Assembly: GCA_046704085.1 (NCBI GenBank)
Contig: JBJKSJ010000251.1
Coordinates: 12,983 to 76,982 of the forward strand
From: Ktedonobacterales bacterium
GTDB taxonomy: Bacteria > Chloroflexota > Ktedonobacteria > Ktedonobacterales > DATBGS01
Length of the DNA: 64,000 bases
Direction of reading: 5' to 3'
Part shown: piece by piece, positions 37,094-46,700 of the stretch
Numbering within the stretch: the stretch's first letter is position 1
Layout of the letters: every line of letters begins with the position of its first letter
Made by a program: the position numbers and the translations under genes
The notes under the pieces: generated by a model
Database searches by the model: none
What the model saw: the letters and a program-made list of their open reading frames with translations, nothing else
Told to the model about the DNA's origin: nothing

Positions 37094-37572
37094 CAGGCAT
37101 CCCCTCCCCACATCAACGCATCCGCCCGGCGCACGGCCCGCAGGACGCGCAGATGCGAGCCACAGCGGCAGAGGTTGCCGTCCAGGGCGGTGCGGATCTG
37201 CTCGTCAGTGGGATGGGGATACCGCCAGAGCAGCGCCGCCGCCGTGACGATCAATCCGGGGCTACAGTAACCACACTGCGCTGCCTGCTCCTCGATGAAA
37301 GCCTGCTGCACTGGATGCAGCTCGTCGGCAGTGCTCAGGCCCTCCAGGGTGGTGATCGGCGCATCGGCGACCGCGCCCACCGGCAGCAGGCATGAGCGCA
37401 CCGCCTCCGCCCCGCGAAGGACGGTACACGCGCCGCACTGCTCCAGCCCGCAACCAAAGAGGGGACCGTTCAACCCCAGTTCGTTGCGCAGCACGTAGAG
37501 CAGCGGTGTGTCCGCCGTCGCCTCGATGACGTGTGGCACGCCGTTCACGGTAATGGTCAGCTGATCTGGCAT
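37093..37572 (-). CDS. (2Fe-2S)-binding small subunit of the molybdenum hydroxylase (IorA/CoxS type)
   Basis: CGLEQCGACTV plant-type cluster and CGYCSPG...CRCG second cluster. 159 aa from MPDQLTITVNG. Confidence 0.9.
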   Translation of the reverse strand: MPDQLTITVNGVPHVIEATADTPLLYVLRNELGLNGPLFGCGLEQCGACTVLRGAEAVRSCLLPVGAVADAPITTLEGLSTADELHPVQQAFIEEQAAQCGYCSPGLIVTAAALLWRYPHPTDEQIRTALDGNLCRCGSHLRVLRAVRRADALMWGGDA

Positions 37573-37631
37573 GGTGGCTCCTTTCGTCCAAGGCATGAAC
37601 GAGTCGAAAGCGTACCTTTCAACTCCCCCTC

Positions 37632-38839
37632 TCAGGCAAGACACTGATAGACCGCCTCCCGCAAGTGCTTCTCGCGCGGATCATCCCACAGGTAGAATCC
37701 GGTCTTGTTCATCGCGTAGGCAAAGCCAATGTGCGCCGCCGGGTCCGCAAAGCAGAACGCCCCGCCTGCTCCAGGGGTGCCAAAGGCTTCGTCGCCCATC
37801 CCAAAGCGAAAGGCGGGCAAGGGCTTGGCATACCCCAGCGAAAAGGTCGTCTCGACGCCCATGACCATATCGAGCGGACCATCACGCGGAGGGGTGGCGG
37901 GCTGCTTCAAGGCGTTGAGCGTCTCTTCGCGCAGCCCCAGGCGTTGGCCGCCCGTGGCAAATTCACTGTACGCTTTCGCCATATCACGCACCTGCCCGAT
38001 GCCATTGGAGGCTGGCAATTCCAGTCGTTGCACGCGTGGGCCATTATAGCCAGCAGGTTCTCCAATGAGTTTCGGATTGGCAAACGTCCTGTAGGTGAGG
38101 GAGCGAGGATTGAGGAACCCAAGGACAAAGGGGCGAGGCATCTTATCCATATTAAAGAGCAATTGCCATTTCTTATACGCAGCAATACGTGCGAGACCCG
38201 CTTGAGGAAAGTTCTGGGGCAAGCCGATGTAGAACGCGAGCCCGAGCGGCTTTGCCACCTCGTCCTGAAAGTACTGCCCGATGCTGCGGTGCTTGGGGTA
38301 CACCCGACGCACCAACTCGCTTTCATACCACCCCAGCGAAATGCCATGATAGCCATGACGGGTGCCAGGCTCCCAGGCGGGCTTTTGCCGAGCCAGAGCT
38401 GCCGCCACGCGATCGGGATCAGACAGTTTCTCCAAATCCAGTGGCTCATTGATGGCGCAGACCCCTGCCTGGTGGCTTAATAACTGGCGGACGGTCACAT
38501 GCTCTTTGCCGGCGTGGGCAAATTCCGGCCAATAGGTTGCCACGCGCTCATTATAGTCAAAAAGGCCGCGAGAATGGGCAACAGCTACCCCCATCGAGGC
38601 CATCCCCTTGGTGGAAGAAAAGACGAGTACCAGGGTAGCTTCCTCCCACAGCTCCCCGTCTCTTTGTTGCGGATGCCGCCCCAGAGATCGACGACCTTCT
38701 CTCCCCGATGATACACCGCACAGGTCGCCCCCAGTTCTCTGCGCTCGGAGAATTTGCGTTTGAATTCCTCCCGGACGCGCTCAAACCCAGGCGCTACCAT
38801 CCCCTGAACCTGCAAGCCTACTGACGCTTTCGGTGCCAT
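37632..38839 (-). pseudogene. Serine hydrolase of the beta-lactamase / class C esterase family, single frame break (possibly a sequencing artefact)
   Basis: The N-terminus MAPKASVGLQVQGMVAPGFERVREEF...AVYHRGEKVVDLWGG is in one frame. The catalytic S-x-x-K (FSSTKGMASMGVA) and the rest are in the next. The break is at the C4 run 38654-38657 (the minus strand reads ACGGGGAGCTG where ACGGGGGAGCTG would restore KETGELWEEATLVLVFSSTKG). Confidence 0.8.
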
Positions 38840-39484
38840 GTGATCCTCCCTCACCACGCGCGGATCACGCGCTAGCGGATGCTCAATGCCGCAGCGGGAA
38901 ACAAGCGGGGTTCCTTGAAGGGGCCAGAAGCATTCATCCGAACCAAGGAGCCACTTGACCGTGTTCGACACTCTGCTGCCGCGGTATTGTACCGCAGATC
39001 GCATCCCCGTGTAAACCGATGACGTCAGCGCATCGAGATGCAAGGTTGGTTGGACTTTGGCCTGAGTACCCTGAAAGGCCCACGGGATGCGCAACGAGGT
39101 GGTAGCTGAGTGAATAACGAAGTGAGGAAAGCAAGCCTCCAGGAGCAAAGCAGAACCATTAAACAATCTGGAGGAATGAGCCGCAGTTGTCAGAAAGAGC
39201 AGAACCTTGCCTCCTCCGACGGATAAAATCGCCAGCGTTTTGCGCGTAAATTGAGAAACTTATAGCGCTTTTTCCGGCGCATACTTTGCCCACATCAAAA
39301 ATGAGCTCATAACCTCGCCTGAAAAAAGTTGAGAGCAAATTAAGGCCATCTCTTGCAAAAACAACTGGTAAGAGCGAAATTCAGGCGGTGATATGCGTTA
39401 GTTTGGCGAGGAAAGGAATCAATTTGCCATGTGGCAAGTATTTTGATGGTCCGCCCGTGGAATGTGCTTGTGTATCTCTCCTCT

Positions 39485-39510
39485 CCCGATCCCGCGCGTC
39501 CCGGATCGGG
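39485..39510 (+). terminator. GC-rich hairpin followed by TTT
   Basis: CCCGATCC-N10-GGATCGGG, then TTT. Lies in a low-GC region without a convincing ORF. Confidence 0.35.
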
Positions 39511-39533
39511 TTTGACAGTTCGCCAACCCATCC

Positions 39534-39563
39534 TTGACAGGATCATCTCTCTCCCTGTATAGT
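39534..39563 (+). promoter_or_regulatory. Sigma-70-like promoter with no adjacent gene
   Basis: TTGACA (39534-39539), 18-nt spacer, TATAGT (39558-39563). A second TTGACA lies at 39512-39517. Confidence 0.45.
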
Positions 39564-40077
39564 AGTGAAGTATTCACTCGTTTTTGGGGGGAGGTTTTGA
39601 CATCTATGCCAGTGTGCCGCTAACTCCATCCTGTTTCCTGTTCAAAAGAGTGAAACAGTCGTGACCATGCTTGCTTCCATCTATCGCGTGTTTCTCATCA
39701 GGCATGAGCGTTCAGTTGTTCTACGCCTGGAATGCCGCAGAGCGTGACTCCTGCTCGACGGCCTTTCTGGCAAAGCCTGCGCGAGACGGCGGATAGTGAG
39801 AACGCAAGCATTTGATGGTGCGCGAGAGCTATGGAGAAGCGTGCGGCAAAGAGGTGTCAGGTATGGAACTGCGGCGAACGCATCGCTGATGTTGCCCATC
39901 CACCACCCCATTGGCAAATGGATGCTATCTTTTCCCCTGTTGCGGCATCGCATCCTCGATCATGGTGCAGGCGGTGACCTCCTCTCTCCATTCCCTCTTT
40001 CTGCCCCATCGTTTCCTCGAAGCCTTGATACGAATGTGCTGTTTTTTCTCTCAGAAACAAGCAAGGAATAACCACTC

Positions 40078-40671
40078 ATGACAGAACATCAGCTTTCACT
40101 TCTCCCCTTCTACGCGGGTTGGGGGATCTACAATCAGCGGCTTGTCGCGGCCATCGCGCCCCTGACCGCAGAGCAACTGGCCTTGCGCACCACGCCGCAC
40201 CACTGGTCGATTGGCATGTACGCGACGCATATTGTCGCCAATCGCGCCTGGTGGTTCCACGCACGGATGGGCGAGGGGAGCGCCGATCTGACTCCCCTCG
40301 AATTATGGGCGCTGGGAGTCTGTGAGGCGGGCGTGGATCCATGCCACCCGGCGGCAGAACTGGTTGCCGGACTTGAGCAGACCTGGCAGATGATCGAGCA
40401 GACGCTTGCCCGTCTGACCCCGGCTGATCTTCTCGAGGTCTTCCCGCCTCTGGATGAGGCGGGACGTGTGCGTCACGCGCAACTGGTCGAGCCTGCGCTC
40501 CAGCCCTACGCCCAGATGTGGTTGGATGCGGCGCGTCTGGCTGGAGCAGGGAGACCCGCACGTTCGCGCCAGTGGATCATCTGGGGGGTACTCGAACATG
40601 ACATTCATCACGGCAGCGAAATCTCCACCATTCTCGGCGTCCACGGCCTGCCTGTCGTCGAGTTGGATTAA
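40078..40671 (+). CDS. DinB family protein (DinB_2/DUF664 four-helix bundle)
   Basis: His triad context: HHWSIGMYATHIVANRAWW and C-terminal WGVLEHDIHHGSEIS. Confidence 0.85.
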   Translation: MTEHQLSLLPFYAGWGIYNQRLVAAIAPLTAEQLALRTTPHHWSIGMYATHIVANRAWWFHARMGEGSADLTPLELWALGVCEAGVDPCHPAAELVAGLEQTWQMIEQTLARLTPADLLEVFPPLDEAGRVRHAQLVEPALQPYAQMWLDAARLAGAGRPARSRQWIIWGVLEHDIHHGSEISTILGVHGLPVVELD

Positions 40672-40728
40672 GCACAGGAACGTATGAGCGTTCCCCACTC
40701 GCATGGATGGTGAGGTTGCGCGTGATGC

Positions 40729-40770
40729 GGTCGCTTCAGCGACAAGGTCGCCCCTGTCGCTGAAGCGACC
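40729..40770. repeat. Perfect 16-bp inverted repeat (hairpin) downstream of dinB
   Basis: GGTCGCTTCAGCGACA-N10-TGTCGCTGAAGCGACC. Each arm is itself a small palindrome (GTCGC-NNNN-GCGAC). Confidence 0.55.
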
Positions 40771-41180
40771 TTCCCTGCTCACATGGACTGAAAACGGGGA
40801 AAGACTGGATGGAGAGATGCACAGCATCCACCTGTTTTCTGACGTCTATCCCATCTATCTGCCAAGTTGAGGCACTGACGCACACAAGCCCCTTTCGGCG
40901 ATGAATTCAGTCAACCCACAGCAGTGGAGAAAAACGAGCAGAGGATGAGAGAAACCGAAGCCCGCGCTCAAGCAAGAAGCCATGAGACTCCGTTCGGAAA
41001 GGTAAAGAAGGAGAGTATGCGACTGCGCGGGTCCTTCGCGTGGATCCACTGCTCATCAGATGGTAGGGTGTGGCTCGTGGCACCACGTGCAGAGAGGTTG
41101 TCAGGGGCCAGCGTCTTTGGGGAGTGGCGAGAGGCCCTCAGACACGCCTGCGCTCCGACGAGCAAGTGCGCGAGCTTCGC

Positions 41181-42149
41181 TCAGATAAGTATCTCCGCGG
41201 TTTGGAGGAACGGCCGACCCAGCTCCTCGATGCCCAGTTCGAGGCAATATAGGCCGCTGGACACCCGTTCGAGAAAGCCCCACTCCCAGATCGCAGTCCC
41301 CTCGATGCCGGTCTGAGCGCTCAGCAGCGCGCAGTACCTGCGGGCGAGCGCCGCGGCAGCGCCCATGGCTCCCGTAGCGAGGATCTGCTCGCACCAGTCG
41401 CGCAGCACCACCCCCAGGTCGTAGGCGGGGTCAGCGAGGAATCCGACTGGGTCCACAAAGACGAATCCGGCATCCGCCCCCACCCGCGGCGCGAGTACCT
41501 GCAGCGCGTTCCACGGGTGGGGATCGCCGTGGACGACGACGCAACGCTCCAGGTCGAACGCGGCCGCGCGCCGCTCGGCATACCGCAAGGCCTCGTTCAC
41601 AATCCGCTCCGAACACGGATGGCCCAAGTCCTCCCACAGGCGGCTGACCAGGCGGGCGAGTTGTCCTGCCTTCTCGTCGGCCGACGTCACTACCAGACCA
41701 GCCGGGCGCGGCGCCTGCCACGCCTGGCGCAGCATCTGGCATAAGAGTACGATTTTCTGCTCTGGTGGCAGGGCGAGCGGTGCCATCGGGGGGCCGAGAG
41801 CCTCAAGGAGCATCGCCTGACGCTCTCGTTCGGAGGCAAGCAGGCGCACATAGCCACACCCCTGCGCGTTCTCAAGCACGCGCAGCTCGTCGGCAAAACC
41901 CACCTCAGGGATCGCGATCTTGAGGATGGCGTCGCCGCCCTCCGCCGTTCGCGCCCGGGCTACATACGAGCCGGTCCCGCCCGCGAGCGCCTGACCCACA
42001 GTGATCGACCACGTGCATTCCAGGTGCGCGATCACGTCGGGAAGCTCGGCAAGCCACCGCTCGCCCCGTTGCCCGAGGTGCATGACTCGCTGCCGGACGA
42101 ACCCCGGCACCTGCACCAGCCGCTCGTCTGCGGCGTCTGCCTCGTCCAT
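41181..42149 (-). CDS. Aminoglycoside phosphotransferase family kinase (APH(6)/streptomycin 6-kinase-like)
   Basis: Brenner-type motif VVVHGDPHPWNAL and downstream FVDPVGFLADPAYDLG. Length and N-terminal layout (GGTGSYVARA, ILKIAIP) resemble the StrA/APH(6) family. Confidence 0.75.
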   Translation of the reverse strand: MDEADAADERLVQVPGFVRQRVMHLGQRGERWLAELPDVIAHLECTWSITVGQALAGGTGSYVARARTAEGGDAILKIAIPEVGFADELRVLENAQGCGYVRLLASERERQAMLLEALGPPMAPLALPPEQKIVLLCQMLRQAWQAPRPAGLVVTSADEKAGQLARLVSRLWEDLGHPCSERIVNEALRYAERRAAAFDLERCVVVHGDPHPWNALQVLAPRVGADAGFVFVDPVGFLADPAYDLGVVLRDWCEQILATGAMGAAAALARRYCALLSAQTGIEGTAIWEWGFLERVSSGLYCLELGIEELGRPFLQTAEILI

Positions 42150-42156
42150 GACGGCA

Positions 42157-43190
42157 TCATAGCATACCCAGCGGCGTCACCGCCACTGCACCCCGGCTGA
42201 CCATCGCTGCGTGTGTTGCCTCGCGCAAGACCTCGCTGGCGGGCCGCCTCCCTCCGGCCAAAGCGCGTTCCAAAAACGCCTGCGCTTCAGCAATTTTGTG
42301 GCGGCGTGGTTCGTCGCACTCCTGCTCTGGCGCCTTAGCGCCCGCGGCGAAAGGGGCGTTTCCCGTTGCCACTCTGGGTATCCTCACTTTCTGCCCTCTG
42401 GTGGGCGTCCAAAGGCGCCAACCTCTGCAAGGCGCCCGCGATTCCCCCTGACGATCCGTTCCGATCTGGCTGGTCCGCCACTGGCGCTGCGTTGCTGCCT
42501 GGCGGCAATGCGTGCACCTCAACCGCTGCGCCCAACTGCTGTTCCACCTGATCGAAGGCAGCGAAGGCATGCTCGAAAATGCGCCGCTCCAACGCGTCTA
42601 TCCGCTCAAACCGTTGCACCTCCAACAGCGCCCACTGCTCGCGCTGCATCGCCAGCAATCGCTTTTCCGGGCTCTCAGTAGACTTGGCGAGGTTGAAGTA
42701 GCACGCCGCCTCGGCCACATGAAAGCCAATGGCGCCCCAGCACGACCCAGCCACCGCCAATGCTGCCCAAGAGCCATCCGATGGGCACCGCATTCAGAGC
42801 CCCCGGCGGGATATGCGCCGCGCCTTTGAGCGCGTCCAGTTCCAGATAGAGGACCTGTGCGGCGTTGGAGATGGTCGAGAGGAGCATTGCGGCCACCAGC
42901 GCGGCCACGAAGTGCCAGCGCGCGCCACTCCAGAAGGCTTTGGCTACCGCAAAGAAGCAGGCCAGGCACACCGCTTCGACGGCAAAGCCGCCACCATAGG
43001 CCAGAATCCCCGGCACGCTCCAGGTGAACGGCTGAAATCCCGCGAAGAAGTAGCCGCCCCCAGCGCCAGGGTAGCGGCCAGAAGGAACGGAGCGACCGCC
43101 GCCACCAGGAAGATGTAGCCATTTTTGGCGCCTTGGTGGGATGGGTGGTTGCGGTGTGCGAGACAACATTGGTTGAGCAAACTTCATCAC
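42157..43190 (-). pseudogene. Multi-frameshifted gene: N-terminal membrane domain, coiled-coil, C-terminal helical domain
   Basis: Sense-looking peptide has to be followed through at least three frames: KNGYIFLVAAVAPFLLAATLALGA; GGYFFAGFQPFTWSVPGILAYGGGFAVEAVCLACFFAVAKAFWSGARWHFVAALVAAMLLSTISNAAQVLYLELDALKG...; WGAIGFHVAEAACYFNLAKSTESPEKRLLAMQREQWALLEVQRFERIDALERRIFEH...; KIAEAQAFLERALAGGRRPASEVLREATHAAMVS. Confidence 0.4.
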
Positions 43191-43660
43191 AGTTTCCCTT
43201 ACACATCCGTCCAGTGAACTCCGCCGATCTCTGCTCGGCTGGACTCAGCCCAGGACTCGTCAATCGGAGCTAAGAGTGCTGTTCGCTATCGGTTCATTCT
43301 TCCTTTGACGCATCGATAGTCGGTGCCTCCGTTTCTGGAGAAGCCCCTTTGCTCTCCGGCCTAATCCCATGGTTGTAGATGATTGGGAGTGCGTTGTGGC
43401 GTTTGTAGTGGCAAAGCCGAGCGAGAGCGTGGCGCCTCCGTCGCCAGGATGACCAGGCCACGTGGGAGGCAAAAGAGCGATGCCGTTTGCAGACGAGACA
43501 GAAGAAAAGGCGGATTGCGGCAATGCTGAGGGGAATCATGACCGGGAAATCCAAAGTGAGTGAAGCGTAGTAGTATAGGACATAGCAATCAAACGGCCAG
43601 GTGGAATGGCGACTGATGACAGGAATGCTTGTCAGGGTCTTCCACGTTGGTCACCTTTCC

Positions 43661-43689
43661 TTGCGGTTTCATCACCATCCTGCTATACT
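43661..43689 (+). promoter_or_regulatory. Candidate promoter of the LuxR/LAL gene
   Basis: TTGCGG (43661-43666), 17-nt spacer, TATACT (43684-43689). Confidence 0.4.
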
Positions 43690-43690
43690 T

Positions 43691-43725
43691 GCTGTTAGGG
43701 AACTGTTCAGAGGATCCCTAACAGC
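43691..43725 (+). promoter_or_regulatory. 11-bp inverted repeat at the predicted transcript start of the LuxR/LAL gene
   Basis: GCTGTTAGGGA-N13-TCCCTAACAGC. Starts 2 nt after the -10 and ends 28 nt before the ATG at 43754. Confidence 0.45.
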
Positions 43726-43753
43726 TGCCACCTTTCTATCGGGGTGCCGTCTC

Positions 43754-46700
43754 ATGCAGAACCTATCACCCACCGCCGGAACCGTTCAGAACGGATATCT
43801 GGTGTATGAGCAGCAGGACCAACACGTGGTGGTGCTCCTTGATACGCCTTCCTGGTACGCCTGGCTGGAAACGGCAACCACCTTCACATTTACCGGCGAG
43901 GAGGGCACCTTTACCGCACACAAAGCGCCTGCTGGCAATCGGCGCGGCGGTTGGTACTGGCGCGCCTATCGTCGCAAGCAAGGACGACTCTCCCGCTGTT
44001 ACCTGGGCGTCTCAACCAATCTCACGTTGTCGAAACTGCGTGAGGTGGCCCGCCGCCTGGCAGCAGAAGCTGAAAGCCAAGGAAGCGGGAAAGCAGATGA
44101 GGACGCGCAGCCTGTTTCGCACGTTCCCAAATCTTTGCAAGGGCTGACGTCGACCTTAATCCTCCAGACTAGCATTACTCCCCCGCGTCTGCCTGCGCCG
44201 CATGTGGCGCGCCCACGCCTGCTCGCGCTCCTGGAGCAGGGCATGCGCGGACCGCTGACCCTGATCTCGGCTCCGGCTGGCTCTGGCAAGACCACGCTGC
44301 TGGCAGCCTGGGCGGCCATGACCACGCGTCCGGTGGCCTGGCTTTCCTGCGAAGAGGGGGAGAACGACCCGGCGCGCCTTCTTTCCGCGCTCATCGCTGC
44401 GCTGGCGCGCCTCGATGCGCGTCTGGGCACTGCGGCAGAGATCGATCGGCCCTGGCATCCCGACGAACACGAACGGGTTCTGACCCGTCTCCTCAACGAT
44501 CTTGAGCGCCTGCTTCCGGACGAAGCGGTCTTGATCCTGGATGACGTCCACCAGCTCACGACCGAGGCGAGTCAGACTCTGCTACTGTTTCTGCTCTCCC
44601 ATCTCCCCTCGCGTCTGTGTGTGCTGATCGGGACACGGGGGGATCTGCCGAGGCTGGCGCACTGGCGAGCGCGGAATCAGATCGTTGAACTGCACGGCCA
44701 GGATCTGGGATTTGTGTCCGCCGAAGTCGAGGCGTTTGTACACGAGATGGGACTCCCGCTCGACTCCGAGGCGATCCGTCTGCTGGAAGAGCGGACCGAG
44801 GGTTGGATTGCTGGGATCCAATTGGTGACGCTGGCCCTGCGCGGGCACGCTGATGCCGCGCGCGTGCTCCGGACGACGGGCTTGACCCATCGCTTTCTCC
44901 TGGACTACGTGCGGGAAGAAATCCTGATGCCGCAACCACCTGAGATGCAGCGCTTTTTGCTCCGGACCAGCATCCTGGAGCGGCTCACCGGGCCGCTCTG
45001 CGAGAGCGTTACGGGAGAGTCTGGTGGGCAGAGGAAGCTGGCGACCCTGCTCCATGAGAATCTCTTTGTCAGTGCGCTGGATGACACCGAGACCTGGTAC
45101 CGCTCCCATCCGCTCTTCGCCGAAACGCTGCGCACCCTCCTCCAGCAGCAGGAGCCCGCGCTTGTGCCGGATTTGTATCGGCGGGCTGGTCGCTGGTATG
45201 AACAGCACGGGTGGGCAGAGGAAGCCTGTGAATACGCCTTGCGCTCTGGTGATCTGCCCCACGCGGCACACCTCCTGGAAGATCTGGTGCCGTCCCTGGT
45301 GGAGCAAGGGAAGCTCGTGCTTCTGAGCCGCTGGCTGGATCGGCTCCCGCAGGCACTTATCACAGCCTCGGTGTCCCTCTCGCTTGCCTCGATCTGGATC
45401 CAGCCACTGCGCACGTCGGAGCCGCCTGACCCGGATCAGGTCAGTAAACACCTCACGATGCTGTTGGAGATACATGCGCAGGACGACCCCGAGTCACAGG
45501 TAGCACTGCAACGGGAACTGGCGTTACATCAGGCAGCGCGAGCGTTGGCTCAAGGGAATATCCCGCAGGCGCTTGCGCACGCTGCGGAGGTGACACACTC
45601 GCTCCAGGGACGGGAGACGGCCTGGAGTCGTTTCACCCTGTGGCGGCAGCAGGTGCTGCTTGGGGCGGCCTATCGCGCGCGTGGGGATCTGCGGACCTCG
45701 GAGCAGATGTGGCGGAACGCCTATCCTGCTGGCGGAACCATCCCCAATCAGTTGGTCCTCTCGTTCCTCGACGATTTGTACGAGGAGCAAGGCCGATTAC
45801 GCGAGATGGGTCGGCTCTATGAGGATGTGTTTCGCTCCTGCCGTGCGCAGCGCGATCCACCGCTCCTGCTGCTGGCCTGGGCGGATTGGCGCTCTGGCGC
45901 GCTGCATTGCGAGTGGAATCGGCTGCAAGAAGCGGAGGCCGCTGCGCAGCAACTCCTCGCGCTAGACCTACTCCCCGATAGTGTTCGTCCTATCCCTGAG
46001 TTCGCGCTGTTCGGACTCAGGATCCAGGCGCACGTGGCGCTGGCGCAAGGCAATAGCGAGTGGGCCAGGCGCCTGTTGGAACGCGAGGAGTTTGATGTGG
46101 CGCGGTTTCCCATCCCCCAGGCGCGGAAAGACCTGCTCATCCTGGTTCCGGTACGCCTGGCCCTCGCCTGCGGCCAGCTCGAGTCGGCCTTGCGCTGGGC
46201 CGCGACCTGTGGAGTGCGCTACGACGACCCGCTCACCACCCCGCTGGCAAGGCAGCACTACGTGCGCTATGTCACGTTGGCGCGGGTGTTGATTGCGCGT
46301 GGACGCGGCCACCGGAATTCCTTGTCGCTCGCTCAAGCGCGGCTGCTGTTGGAGCGTTTGCTGGACATCGCCATTGGGGCAGGCGCTCAGGGCCGCCGCA
46401 TCGAGGTGCAAATGCTGCTCGCGCTGACACTGTACGCCCAGGGCAAGACAAAGCAGGCCCTTTCCACGCTGGGACCTATCCTCGCTCAGGCCGAACCAGA
46501 AGGCTATCTGCGCCTCTTTGCCGATGAAGGCGCGGCGATGGCGCACCTGCTCGCGCTGATTGGCCCGTTTACCACCGCCTCGCCTGACTATCTTCAGCGC
46601 ATTCAGGCAGCGATTGCCCCCGCGTGGCTGGCCCAGCCCGATCCGTCGACGCTAGTAGGAGCCCGCTCGACGCCCTATGAGCCGCTGAGTGAACGTGAGC

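Noticed and set aside
36122-37270. 382-aa plus-strand ORF inside the molybdenum hydroxylase genes
   Set aside because: It is antisense to two well-supported, translationally coupled genes. Its extreme Arg/Leu/Ala/His composition is a GC-bias artefact.
38654-38657. Programmed ribosomal frameshifting or phase variation in the beta-lactamase-family gene
   Set aside because: No slippery heptamer or downstream structure is present. The same kind of single-base homopolymer break recurs in unrelated genes across the window, so sequencing error or simple decay is the more economical explanation.
39796-40071. 91-aa ORF upstream of dinB and the 90-aa antisense ORF 39681-39953
   Set aside because: No RBS, implausible composition, and the two mutually overlap. 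The interval is treated as non-coding or leader (see finding).
44582-45475. 297-aa minus-strand ORF, plus several shorter ones, inside the LuxR/LAL gene
   Set aside because: It is antisense to a 1049-aa gene with Walker and HTH motifs and has no motifs of its own. The same reasoning applies to 47646-48419, 49025-49885, 21970-22713, 29949-30590, 37665-38480 and 63248-63952.
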